Positions 49,469-58,931 of a DNA stretch of 64,000 bases are shown one piece after another. The number at the start of each line of letters is the position of its first letter. Within the stretch, counting starts at the first letter, position 1. The notes under the pieces are model-generated. The model ran no database searches. It saw only the letters and a program-made list of their open reading frames with translations, and was not told where the DNA came from. The stretch lies in the UHGV virus genome UHGV-1363143; one strand, given 5' to 3'. Position numbers and translations under genes: made by a program. The DNA is from a virus.

Positions 49469-50312
49469 TTATATTCCTAATTCGAACTTTAGTTGAGGTT
49501 TAACAGGTTCATAATCTATTAGTTCAAAATCATCGACTGTGAAATCATAGAAATTATCCTTACCTTCTTTTAAGATTAATTTAGGCGACTTATTACTAGG
49601 TGTTCTAGAAAGCATGTCCATTGCTTGTTCAGTATGTCTATCATAAATATGAAGATTATCCACTACATGCATGAACATACCTGGCTTTAAACCAACATGT
49701 CTTGCTACCATCATCATTAATGCTACATATTGCATTTTATTTATATGACCAGCTACAAGATAATCATTTGATCTTTGAGTAAGAGTCATATCTAAATACT
49801 GACCTCTAACAGTCCAAACAGTCATAAATGCACAAGGATTTAAGCCTTTGGTTTCTTCAAAATCTGAGTATTGATATAGATTCATGATATGTCTTCTAGT
49901 GTATGGTTCATTTTTTAAACCATCTAATAGCTTATTCATTAAGTCATATTTCTTTACTGTAGCTCCATATCTTTGACCTATGGTTCTAGTATTATCTACT
50001 TCCCATGAATCCCACCAAGTAATACCATACTTGTTAGCTAATAAATCTAAATCATTCGATTGCTCTTGGTAGATCCATAAAATCTCGCCAATAGCTTTCT
50101 TAATATAAATAGGTCTTAATGTAGTAATAGGAAATTCTCCTTTACTAATATCATATTTCTCAACTATTTGATTGATAAATATTGTATGAGCTGGTTCTCC
50201 ATCCTCATATACTGGTCTTACCTTGTGACCTTCTGTACTTGTACCTTCTGATAATATTTTTAATATATTATCTAAAGTATACTTATCTGCTTTTGTTATG
50301 TTATTTTGCATC
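49469..50312 (-). CDS. thyA: thymidylate synthase (ThyA family; atypical active-site residues)
   Basis: ...NPCAFMTVW...TQRSNDYLVAGH...HIYDRH. The start was moved to MQNNITK, which has an RBS AAGGAG. Confidence 0.7.
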
Positions 50313-50531
50313 TTTATTCTCCTTGCTATATATTTCAATAATATCTTCATCAGTAAAATCAACACTAGCTAAGTGCTCGCCATTTAATACTTCTCCTTTA
50401 TACCTTATTAGATTCTTTAAATCATAATCATAACTATCTAGAACCTTGGAGATTTCTATTACTTTTACAAAGACTGCATTCATTGATCTAGTATTCACTT
50501 GGACAATATCTAAAACTGAAATATCTTTCAT
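50301..50531 (-). CDS. hypothetical small protein
   Basis: ORF. Confidence 0.4.
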   Translation of the reverse strand: MKDISVLDIVQVNTRSMNAVFVKVIEISKVLDSYDYDLKNLIRYKGEVLNGEHLASVDFTDEDIIEIYSKENKDAK

Positions 50532-50543
50532 ACACTCACCTCC

Positions 50544-50774
50544 TTAAAGATAATGTCTATATATTTTTACATTGCTCCAAAATTCTATATATGAAATCTC
50601 ATCAAGGAACTTTTTAGTAAAATCATTTATTTCATTAAAGGGTAACGGTATTTTATCAATAATTAATTGGGCATCTATATTGCTGGAGTCTAGTAATTTA
50701 ATACCTTCTCCAGCAACTATGCAATCCCATCTTTTATCTAAAACTTGTACATAATTCACTTCTCTTATTGTCAT
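50544..50774 (-). CDS. hypothetical small protein
   Basis: ORF. Confidence 0.4.
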   Translation of the reverse strand: MTIREVNYVQVLDKRWDCIVAGEGIKLLDSSNIDAQLIIDKIPLPFNEINDFTKKFLDEISYIEFWSNVKIYRHYL

Positions 50775-50777
50775 TTT

Positions 50778-51638
50778 TTATTTTCCCATCATCAATTTGT
50801 GAGATTTTATAACATTTTCACATAATGCTATAACTGTTAATGTTCCAGTATGTCCATAACCACTAGCTATATTGATATTAGAATAATGATTTAAGATATC
50901 TTCTTTATCAAAATCTCCTACACCAGGTATTCCATCTACTCTATCCATAGAGCAATCAATAATTGTTTCTACAAAAGATCCATCAATATCGCAACTGTTA
51001 AACATTTTTCTTTTGCCACATCCAGTTACAATAATATCTGTTTCTTCCAATCCCTTTTCCTTTTCATATTCTGCACTTTTAGTATGAAGAACGGTTGGTG
51101 TCATATTCTTTTGTAACGCTAATTGCATTAAAGGTTTACCTATCAAATTACTTCTATTGAATATAGCAATAGACTTACCAGTTAAATCTCCATGTACATA
51201 CTCAAGTAGCTTAATAACCCCTAGAGCAGTACATGGTACTAACGCTTTATCACTTCCTGAAACTAATAATCCTTTTTGTTCATTAGTAAATCCATCTACA
51301 TCTGCATTTGTAGGAATTAACTTTGCTATATCTTCTTCAGTTAACTGAGGGAATGGTAATTGAACTATAATTGAATATCCTTCATGTTTACTTATGATAT
51401 TTTCTAAAGTAAATAGTAATTCTTCTTTAGTTCTTCCACTCCATTTAACTTCTGCCAGTGCTACTTCAATACCTAACTCATTTGCTACTTTCATTTTATT
51501 AGAAACGTATTTCTTACTTGGCTCATAGTAACGTTCAGCCATAATAATCAATAGTTTAGGTGTAGATTTGAGATGCTTAATCTCTATCCTAAGTTGCTCT
51601 TTCCATTGTTCTGCGAATGCTTTAGTGTTAATTTCCAT
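50778..51638 (-). CDS. folD: bifunctional 5,10-methylene-THF dehydrogenase/cyclohydrolase (FolD)
   Basis: FolD-like N-terminus (AFAEQWKEQL...PKLLIIMAE...) and ...NRSNLIGKPL...VLHTKS...DIIVTGCGK. Confidence 0.7.
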   Translation of the reverse strand: MEINTKAFAEQWKEQLRIEIKHLKSTPKLLIIMAERYYEPSKKYVSNKMKVANELGIEVALAEVKWSGRTKEELLFTLENIISKHEGYSIIVQLPFPQLTEEDIAKLIPTNADVDGFTNEQKGLLVSGSDKALVPCTALGVIKLLEYVHGDLTGKSIAIFNRSNLIGKPLMQLALQKNMTPTVLHTKSAEYEKEKGLEETDIIVTGCGKRKMFNSCDIDGSFVETIIDCSMDRVDGIPGVGDFDKEDILNHYSNINIASGYGHTGTLTVIALCENVIKSHKLMMGK

Positions 51639-51659
51639 GTCAATTACTCCTTAAATGTT

Positions 51660-51890
51660 TTATTTACTTTTTAATTTTTGACCACAATATACGCAGTAGA
51701 ATATTCCATCTATTGCAGATGTAACTCTACCGCATTTGCATATACCAGTATCACTTTCTTCGTCATATTTACTTAATTTATAAGTTGAATCTTTATCAAT
51801 TAATGCTTTTAACCATTCTTTTGATTCTTCATCCATAATGCGATTATCATTAATTGTTGTAATAGTATTTCTGACTCCTATATCAGTCAT
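51660..51890 (-). CDS. small zinc-ribbon protein
   Basis: CKCG...CVYCG. Confidence 0.4.
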   Translation of the reverse strand: MTDIGVRNTITTINDNRIMDEESKEWLKALIDKDSTYKLSKYDEESDTGICKCGRVTSAIDGIFYCVYCGQKLKSK

Positions 51891-51920
51891 AGATTTTAAT
51901 TCCTTTCATTAAATAAATTT

Positions 51921-53291
51921 CTAAGCAAGTACTTTAAACTCTCCATTTGGAAGAAGTACATTAATCTCAACTTTATTCACAGTAGTTTCAGTAATTTCAA
52001 CACCTTTATCAGTGTCAGTTTCAGTTTCAACTGTTTGTTTTGAAACTCTACCTTTAATAAGATGACTATGGCCATCTCCTTCATCTACTATTCCATCTAG
52101 ACATCCTGATGTTAAAACTAATCCAAGTTGTCCAATATTAAATGGTAGAAGAGGATTCTTGATAGTTTCATCTAACTTCTCAACTCTTTGATTTGCCCAC
52201 ATCTTATCCATTAAAGAAGATTTTTCAATAATTTGTTCAACTTCTTCTAAGTCCAATGCAGATCCTTTAAATAAATCAATATAGACACTTGATCTTGGTA
52301 AAACATATTCTGTATCAAGTTCTTCAATATTTGCTATTCTTGAAAATTCAAATAATCTTCTTAATTTTGCATACTCTTCTTCTCTAGGTTCTTTGACAGA
52401 TTCCTTTTGGCCAATAATATGAACTAGTCCAAGGTTAGAAAATCCAATACCTTCAGCTTTTATTATTTGAATATTTTTTAAATGTTTACTAAGCATTGAA
52501 CAAATATCTTTGAATAATCTAGTGTAAGGCATTGTTATTACCATTACTCCGTCTGTTCTAAGGTATTTGAACATATCTGCTATATAGCTTTTTTCAATTC
52601 TTTTATTAGCAAAGATATCTTCTTCATCTATTTCTAAGTGAAGTTTCGGTTGAACATATAAGATATCAAATGCATTGTTTTGTATTCTTGAACCTCTCAA
52701 AATACCTTTTACTACCTTATGCATATTTGACTTAGCTCTAGATAACATTACATCATTCGCTTCATTACCATAGGCCAACACTTTGTTTGGAATAATATTA
52801 AATGGATCTATATTTGCTCCATCATAACAATCAGGATAAAACAAAGTTATATCCCTATTTCCTGTTGGAATTATCTTTCTAGATATTTCATACAAAGAAG
52901 AGCTATTGCTTATATCATTCTGTTGCCTATTACTATAAGCTTGGTGCCATTGCAAAGCATATCTGTTAAAATCTGCGGATGAAAAATCTTTAAGCATTAT
53001 CGTGTCAAATTCTTCACATATTGTAGTTAATGCTCTTTTAAATGCGTGCACATCCTCAGCTGTTTGTGCATTGCTTATTTCTAAAAGTATATTTCTATAT
53101 TTAGAATGGAATAAATCTCTTCCAGTAGTAAAATATGCTTCACCTGTTGCCAAAGCTATGTCATATGCTAATGCGTAAAACTTATTTTTGTATGTAAGTA
53201 AGCTATCTGGTTTTGTATCAAGTTTAACTTGATCATTTAAAGTTTTCATTCTTACGATATTGTCTCTGATTGTATATAAACTAAATAACAT
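51921..53291 (-). CDS. hypothetical protein (456 aa)
   Basis: Long ORF with no confident motif. Confidence 0.5.
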   Translation of the reverse strand: MLFSLYTIRDNIVRMKTLNDQVKLDTKPDSLLTYKNKFYALAYDIALATGEAYFTTGRDLFHSKYRNILLEISNAQTAEDVHAFKRALTTICEEFDTIMLKDFSSADFNRYALQWHQAYSNRQQNDISNSSSLYEISRKIIPTGNRDITLFYPDCYDGANIDPFNIIPNKVLAYGNEANDVMLSRAKSNMHKVVKGILRGSRIQNNAFDILYVQPKLHLEIDEEDIFANKRIEKSYIADMFKYLRTDGVMVITMPYTRLFKDICSMLSKHLKNIQIIKAEGIGFSNLGLVHIIGQKESVKEPREEEYAKLRRLFEFSRIANIEELDTEYVLPRSSVYIDLFKGSALDLEEVEQIIEKSSLMDKMWANQRVEKLDETIKNPLLPFNIGQLGLVLTSGCLDGIVDEGDGHSHLIKGRVSKQTVETETDTDKGVEITETTVNKVEINVLLPNGEFKVLA

Positions 53292-53339
53292 TTTTGTACC
53301 TCCATTTTTCCATTAAGCGTCATAAATAAAGCACTTTTT

Positions 53340-53390
53340 TATATTATGCTTTTTAAAAAAATAAAAAGACCGGATTTACTCCGATCTTTA
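53340..53390 (-). terminator. minus-strand rho-independent terminator
   Basis: On the minus strand: AAAGATCGGAgtaaaTCCGGTCTTT followed by TTATTTTTTTT. Confidence 0.5.
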
Positions 53391-53394
53391 AAAT

Positions 53395-56300
53395 TTATGC
53401 AATAAATTGTTGAAGGATTAAAGAATCCCTATCTCTTTTTGCTTTAATTGTAATAACTTGATTGTTTTTCATATATTTTGTATTTCCTTTATATATTGTA
53501 CTGAATACAGTACTATCAATGTATCCTGATGTAGTTTCTAAAGTTAAGAAGGCCATTGGATTATTATTCTTATCTTTTATCTTCTTAACTCTTCTAACTA
53601 TAGCTTGTAATTGACATACTTCTCCATGTCTAACTCCTTCAAATGAAAATGGTTCAAAATATTGAACTGGATTACTTGTTATAGGTACTTCATATAACAC
53701 AGATTCTATGTCTTGAAGACTAGCTTCTGATTTAAATATCATATCTTTTGAAATTTTAATCTCGGCCAAAGGTTCTTCCTTTCTAGCTTCACAATATTCT
53801 TTATATACTGCTAGTCTATTTTCTTCAAAACATTCAAAAGCTCCTCCAAAAATAGAAACCACAAATGCCTTCTTATTGAATTTACTTGTAACCTTGTCCA
53901 TAGTATCTTTTAAAGAGCTTAATGGTCTTGCAGCGTCTAATGCATCATATGCAACTTTACCTAAGCCTTTAGCTGCAACGAATCCTATTCTTAATTGGTT
54001 ATCTTCTATTGAGAATGGCCATAATGATTTATTTATATCTAATCCTAAGAATCTTATTCCTACTCTTCTACATTCTTGTATTGTTTCAGATATAGATTCT
54101 TTTCTATCATATGCATTTGTTAAAGAGTTCTTCATCCACTCTAACGGATGATATGTCTTTAAGTAAGCTGTGTAATAGCATAATAATGCATAAGCAACTG
54201 CATGAGATTTATTAAAACTATACTTACCAGTATCAAGCATTATATCCCATATTCTAGTTGCTACATCTTCAGGAACTCTATTCTTATTAGCAAGTTCTCT
54301 ATATTCGGTTTCTGCAGCTGCTAATTTTTCTTGTTTCTTTTTAGCAGCAAACTTCATTACTTGGAATGCTCTTTCTAGATCCATACCAAAGTTAACAAGT
54401 ATTTGCATCATTTGTTCTTGATATAAAAGAACACCATTGGTACTAGCTGTAACAGAATCATAGAATGGATGTATAAGTTCAATTTCTCTTTTACCTTCAA
54501 CTACTTGCATATATACTTCATCTAGTTTAGAAGATATGCATGGTCCACGAACTAATGCTAAACAAGCAGCTAGTTCTTCTATTGTTCTAGGTTTTAATCT
54601 ATCCATTCTCTTTTTATAAGTTTCTGATGATATTTGGAATAACGTAGTAGTATTTTTAGATCCTATCGTATCCCAAACATAAGGATTATTTAACCATACA
54701 TCATCATCAAAATCAGCTTCGAAATTAATATCTATTTCTGTAGCTGAAGTTACGTCAAGAGTTGCTAATGATAAATAATCATACTTAATGGCACCTGCAT
54801 ATTCAGCATCTGATAAATTTAATGCTGTGGCCATCATGCCATCGTCTTTTCTATTTTTGATTAATGGGACGTATTCTTTTAAAGGAATAGGACTAATAAG
54901 AGTACCAGCAGCATGTATGCTAGTTGTTTTAGATAAGTTTTCTAATTTCATAGCAGCTTCGAACCATTCTTCATGTTCAGCTTTAATAGTTCTTAATTCT
55001 TCGCTAATTTCAAGAGCTTCTTCAATAGACAAATCAGTTTGCTTTTCTCCATCTTCATCATTGTAATATACTTGAGGAATCAATTTAGCAGTATACTCTG
55101 CAAAATCGCTCTCTATATTGAAAATTCTAGCAGTATCTTTAATAGCAGAACGAGCCTTTCTTATAGTAAAAGTACTAACAAGAGCACAACATTCCTTACC
55201 ATATTTATTAAGAGTATATTCAAACAGTTCCATTCTTCTGTTACTAGCAACATCTAGGTCTACATCTGGAACAGAACCCTTTCTATGAATAGAAATAAAT
55301 CTTTCAAATAATAATCCATACTTAATAGGATCTACTTTTGTTATCCCTATTAGATATGCAATTAAACTTCCTCCTATCGAACCTCTGCCTGGTCCCATTG
55401 GAATATGTTTCTTTTTTGCATAATCATAAATATCTTTAATGATTAATAAATATCCACTAAATCCTACTTCTTTTAAAGTTTCAAGCTCATATTGAGCTCT
55501 ATCATAATAAACTGATGGATCTTTTAATCTATAACTTATTTCATTTAATTTATCTATAGATATTTTTGCAAGATATTCATCCTCATTATATCCCTCTGGT
55601 ATATCTGCTTTAGGCATTTTTATTTTACCATCATACAAATTAGATAAATCTATTTGTGAAGCTATTCTAACTGTATTATCAATAGCTTCTTCTACTATTT
55701 CTCTATCTAGATAAGGAAATAATTCTACTATTTCCTCATGATTCATTAAATAATAACATTTATCAGGATAAATCATAGCGTCATCATGCTTTTTCTTTTG
55801 GGCCATCTTTACATGTTGATCATGTGCTATATAGTCCTCTGCATTTAAATAATGAATGTCGTTAGTTACAACCAGCTTTGTGCAGGTTTCTTTAGCTAAT
55901 TCCACTAATAATTTATTAACTGTTATCTGATCTTCAAAATCACCTGGCTGAATTTCAAGATAAAAGTCAGCAAATATTTCTTTATATTCTTCAATTAATT
56001 TAATTATTTCTTTGTATCTTATATTAATATAATCATCTATAATATCTTCTTGAGATATTTCTATTGGATCTATTCCTGCAGTCTTTAAAACATTGTTGAT
56101 ATTATCCATATGCATTTCTAAGCCTTCAATACCATCATTACTCACTTTAACTATATCCATAATCATTTTAGGTATTCTACCACCTAAACATGCAGATAAA
56201 GCTATTAAGTTTGAACCGTGTTCTCTTAATACTGATATATCTGTACGTGGTTTGTAGTAATATCCATTGAATTGTGAGTCTGCTGATATATGTAAAAGGT

Positions 56301-56583
56301 CTTTATAACCTTGTTTGTTCTTAGCTAATAATACTAAATGATAATACCCTTTTTGTTTTTCAGTACGGTCATTGCACTCATAGGCTTCTAATCCTATTAA
56401 TGGCTTGACACCATGTTCATTGCACTCTTTGTAAAATTCAATTACATTGGCCATAGAACCATGGTCAGTAATAGACAATGCTTCTATGCCTATATTCTTG
56501 GCTTTCTTCACAGCATCCTTAGTTTTTAGTATGCTGTCACCAATTGAACCTTTCGCATAGTGCATGTGTAAAGGTATATACAT
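53395..56583 (-). CDS. dnaE: DNA polymerase III alpha subunit, DnaE-type (copy 2, divergent paralog)
   Basis: PHP domain (PLHMHYAKGSIGDS), GPGRGSIGGSLIAYLIGITKVDPIKYGLLFERF, and catalytic PDVDLDV. Confidence 0.85.
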   Translation of the reverse strand: MYIPLHMHYAKGSIGDSILKTKDAVKKAKNIGIEALSITDHGSMANVIEFYKECNEHGVKPLIGLEAYECNDRTEKQKGYYHLVLLAKNKQGYKDLLHISADSQFNGYYYKPRTDISVLREHGSNLIALSACLGGRIPKMIMDIVKVSNDGIEGLEMHMDNINNVLKTAGIDPIEISQEDIIDDYINIRYKEIIKLIEEYKEIFADFYLEIQPGDFEDQITVNKLLVELAKETCTKLVVTNDIHYLNAEDYIAHDQHVKMAQKKKHDDAMIYPDKCYYLMNHEEIVELFPYLDREIVEEAIDNTVRIASQIDLSNLYDGKIKMPKADIPEGYNEDEYLAKISIDKLNEISYRLKDPSVYYDRAQYELETLKEVGFSGYLLIIKDIYDYAKKKHIPMGPGRGSIGGSLIAYLIGITKVDPIKYGLLFERFISIHRKGSVPDVDLDVASNRRMELFEYTLNKYGKECCALVSTFTIRKARSAIKDTARIFNIESDFAEYTAKLIPQVYYNDEDGEKQTDLSIEEALEISEELRTIKAEHEEWFEAAMKLENLSKTTSIHAAGTLISPIPLKEYVPLIKNRKDDGMMATALNLSDAEYAGAIKYDYLSLATLDVTSATEIDINFEADFDDDVWLNNPYVWDTIGSKNTTTLFQISSETYKKRMDRLKPRTIEELAACLALVRGPCISSKLDEVYMQVVEGKREIELIHPFYDSVTASTNGVLLYQEQMMQILVNFGMDLERAFQVMKFAAKKKQEKLAAAETEYRELANKNRVPEDVATRIWDIMLDTGKYSFNKSHAVAYALLCYYTAYLKTYHPLEWMKNSLTNAYDRKESISETIQECRRVGIRFLGLDINKSLWPFSIEDNQLRIGFVAAKGLGKVAYDALDAARPLSSLKDTMDKVTSKFNKKAFVVSIFGGAFECFEENRLAVYKEYCEARKEEPLAEIKISKDMIFKSEASLQDIESVLYEVPITSNPVQYFEPFSFEGVRHGEVCQLQAIVRRVKKIKDKNNNPMAFLTLETTSGYIDSTVFSTIYKGNTKYMKNNQVITIKAKRDRDSLILQQFIA

Positions 56584-56599
56584 TGTTCTCTCCTCCTGA

Positions 56600-56632
56600 A
56601 GTCAAATAAAAAAGACCAGTTAATACTGGTCT
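56600..56632. terminator. bidirectional hairpin terminator
   Basis: AAAAAGACCAGTtaatACTGGTCTTT. Confidence 0.55.
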
Positions 56633-56638
56633 TTAAAT

Positions 56639-57130
56639 TTATAATATATTATCTAATTCTTTAAATTTATCAAAAATATTAAATTCACAGGCACCATCTA
56701 AGAATTGATAGTTACTGCCATTATCTGTTGTAACATATAAATATTTTACGTCTTTCATCACAAAAGCATTAAGGTCATCAGTCAATTCTTTTGACTCTAT
56801 TATATCTTTATTAGGACCATAATATCTTTTATATGTAGATTTTAGTCCGTCTATCATTGCTCTAAGTGGAACTTTAGCTGGATTATCGTCATATTCTAAA
56901 TCTTCATTTACTGCTTTTAAATCTTTATATCTTTCTTTGTCGATTTTAAGTAAATCGCCTTCCCAAAACAATTCTATTTTCCCAAGAAAAAGTCTACTAA
57001 GTTTTCCACTTCTTTCTTTGGCTATATATATTTTTTCATACGGAACTGTTGTTGTAGACAATCCATAATCAATTATATCCTCACTTCTCAATCTTTTATT
57101 ACCAAATTTTATAAAGCTCAAAATAGCCAC
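56639..57130 (-). CDS. hypothetical protein
   Basis: ORF. Confidence 0.45.
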   Translation of the reverse strand: MAILSFIKFGNKRLRSEDIIDYGLSTTTVPYEKIYIAKERSGKLSRLFLGKIELFWEGDLLKIDKERYKDLKAVNEDLEYDDNPAKVPLRAMIDGLKSTYKRYYGPNKDIIESKELTDDLNAFVMKDVKYLYVTTDNGSNYQFLDGACEFNIFDKFKELDNIL

Positions 57131-57149
57131 CCTCTCATTTGTGTTTTTA

Positions 57150-57300
57150 TATAATTTATTGTATATTTATTTGAAATTGTGCTATAATATTAGTAAGGAA
57201 AGGTCAAGTGTTACATTTGACCTATGGCTTATGATATGTTAAAGATTAAAGTAGCTTAACTTGGTGAGTGTGGGCTACTTTTTTCTTTTTGTATCTTTAT
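57150..57300 (+). ncRNA. candidate small RNA or regulatory leader
   Basis: An extended -10 promoter TGcTATAAT (57180-88) is followed by a perfect hairpin GGTCAAgtgttacatTTGACC and then a terminator AGTAGC...GCTACT plus TTTTTTCTTTTT. No + strand ORF is present. Confidence 0.25.
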
Positions 57301-57439
57301 CTTCAGTTACAGACAATTCAGCTGTAACACCATCTATACTTCTATCAACTTTCGTTGAGAATTTCTTTCCAAATACAATCGAAACTATAGCAACTATAGT
57401 TACACTGATTATAAGTAAAGCTTGTATAAATTCTGACAT
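57275..57439 (-). CDS. holin-like small transmembrane protein (start moved to MSEF)
   Basis: MSEFIQALLIISVTIVAIVSIVFGKKF..., then a charged tail. RBS GAAGGTGG. Confidence 0.4.
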   Translation of the reverse strand: MSEFIQALLIISVTIVAIVSIVFGKKFSTKVDRSIDGVTAELSVTEDKDTKRKK

Positions 57440-57562
57440 GGATACCACCTTCTTCCCGTCATTAAAATTGCCATAGAGCAATTTGTAACACTCGACCTAA
57501 ATGAAGAAGGATAACTTATCATAAGTTTCCTTACTGAATTATTATACCATAATTGGTATAAG

Positions 57563-58324
57563 CTAAGCTATGTTAACTTTTAAACTTTCTGTTTCTATTG
57601 TTGTTGCATTAAACATATGCAGATCTCCAGTTATTTTATTAAATCCTATAATATTATTTAAAATATTAAAAGTAGTAACTGCACTGGTTATGTTTGCACC
57701 TATGTTTTGAATATTTTCTAACATGATTTCACCACAGCTTGCTGTAGGTTCTTTTATTTCCTCGTCTTCAAGTATTTGAGGAAAGTAAGTACTAGCAGAT
57801 GGAAGTACCACTTCATCACGAGTTCTATAAGCTATTACAGTTTGTCCTGTAAGTTCATCTAAGCTACCACTATTACCAGTATCAATTGCAATAATTCCTG
57901 GGCAATTATGATTAGTAAATTCAAAATCATTAAATGCTTGGTCAATATATTTCCTAGCTTCATTATTATCTACACATGAAACTATTATATTTGTTGTTCC
58001 ATAAGATCTATCTAATAATTTTAAAACATCTTCTTTAGATGATATGTACTTATCGACATAGGATATTTCCATTCCAAATACTGCAGAATACCTATCAGAT
58101 AAAACTTCAGCTTTTAATTTTCCCACATCACTTTCTAAGAATTTTTGTGTTCTTAAATTTTTTTCTTCTACTCTATCACCATCAACTAATATAACTTTAT
58201 GTTTCATATTATAAACCTTGTTATTTCCTATTAGCTGACTTAAAAATGAAATAAGGTGAGAACCAGTCCCACCTACACCTACCACTATTATATTATAAGA
58301 TGAATTCTTTTTAAGCTCTATCAT
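57563..58324 (-). CDS. ThiF/MoeB-family E1-like adenylyltransferase
   Basis: VVGVGGTGS (Rossmann fold), VDGDRVEEKNLRTQ, and EPTASCGEIM (the MoeB/ThiF Cys motif). Confidence 0.8.
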   Translation of the reverse strand: MIELKKNSSYNIIVVGVGGTGSHLISFLSQLIGNNKVYNMKHKVILVDGDRVEEKNLRTQKFLESDVGKLKAEVLSDRYSAVFGMEISYVDKYISSKEDVLKLLDRSYGTTNIIVSCVDNNEARKYIDQAFNDFEFTNHNCPGIIAIDTGNSGSLDELTGQTVIAYRTRDEVVLPSASTYFPQILEDEEIKEPTASCGEIMLENIQNIGANITSAVTTFNILNNIIGFNKITGDLHMFNATTIETESLKVNIA

Positions 58325-58346
58325 TATATTGCCTCCTTACAAGCCT

Positions 58347-58913
58347 TTAGCCTTTAGTTTGGAATTTAAGAAGAACTTCCAATGTTCCAGTAGATTCATC
58401 AAAGTCATAGAATACCTTATCTTTCTTAAAGTTTGGAAAATTATATTCTGTAACTAATTTAACTCTGATATCTTCAAATTTTGCATTGGTATCTTCTTCG
58501 ATATATATTTCTCTACCGAATACTTTAACAATCCTTGGACCATCATATTTAGGTTCTTTTGGTTTTGAACTCTTCTTCTTAGAAGATTTCTTTGCTTCAG
58601 TTTTAGTTCCATCAGGATTTCTATCCTTATCATATTCAACTAAATGATCTATAGCAAAGGCTATTGCATCACATGCATTAGTAAATGCATTTGGATTTAA
58701 TGTAGAATATCCACATTCATTATCTGCAGGAGTTAGAACATCAAATCTTCCATCTCCCCATTCCATTACTCCTATCGTTAAATTTTTATATTTAATTTCT
58801 CTATTTTCTCTAAAGAAAGCCTCAAACTGCTCTCTAGTCATAGACTCTGTAATATTTGTATCCTCCTCATCATGAAGATCGCTTATATAATTAATTGTAT
58901 TTTCTGTTGTCAT
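58347..58913 (-). CDS. protein with a C-terminal ubiquitin-like (beta-grasp) domain ending in Gly
   Basis: The last ~67 aa (RIVKVFGREIYIEEDTNAKFEDIRVKLVTEYNFPNFKKDKVFYDFDESTGTLEVLLKFQTKG) align to ubiquitin and follow a Lys/Ser linker. The stop codon lies 21 nt before the E1 ATG, with a shared RBS. Confidence 0.5.
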   Translation of the reverse strand: MTTENTINYISDLHDEEDTNITESMTREQFEAFFRENREIKYKNLTIGVMEWGDGRFDVLTPADNECGYSTLNPNAFTNACDAIAFAIDHLVEYDKDRNPDGTKTEAKKSSKKKSSKPKEPKYDGPRIVKVFGREIYIEEDTNAKFEDIRVKLVTEYNFPNFKKDKVFYDFDESTGTLEVLLKFQTKG

Positions 58914-58931
58914 AACATCTCTCTCCTATTC

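Noticed and set aside
50313-50365. Upstream start of the ThyA ORF (MLILLMKILLKYIARRIK...)
   Set aside because: It has no RBS. The internal MQNNITK start is preceded by AAGGAG, and the extension overlaps the upstream gene.
58454-58639. Nested minus-strand ORF 58454..58639 inside the Ubl-tailed gene
   Set aside because: It is a different frame within a gene whose C-terminal domain has a coherent ubiquitin-like alignment. It is a spurious overlap.
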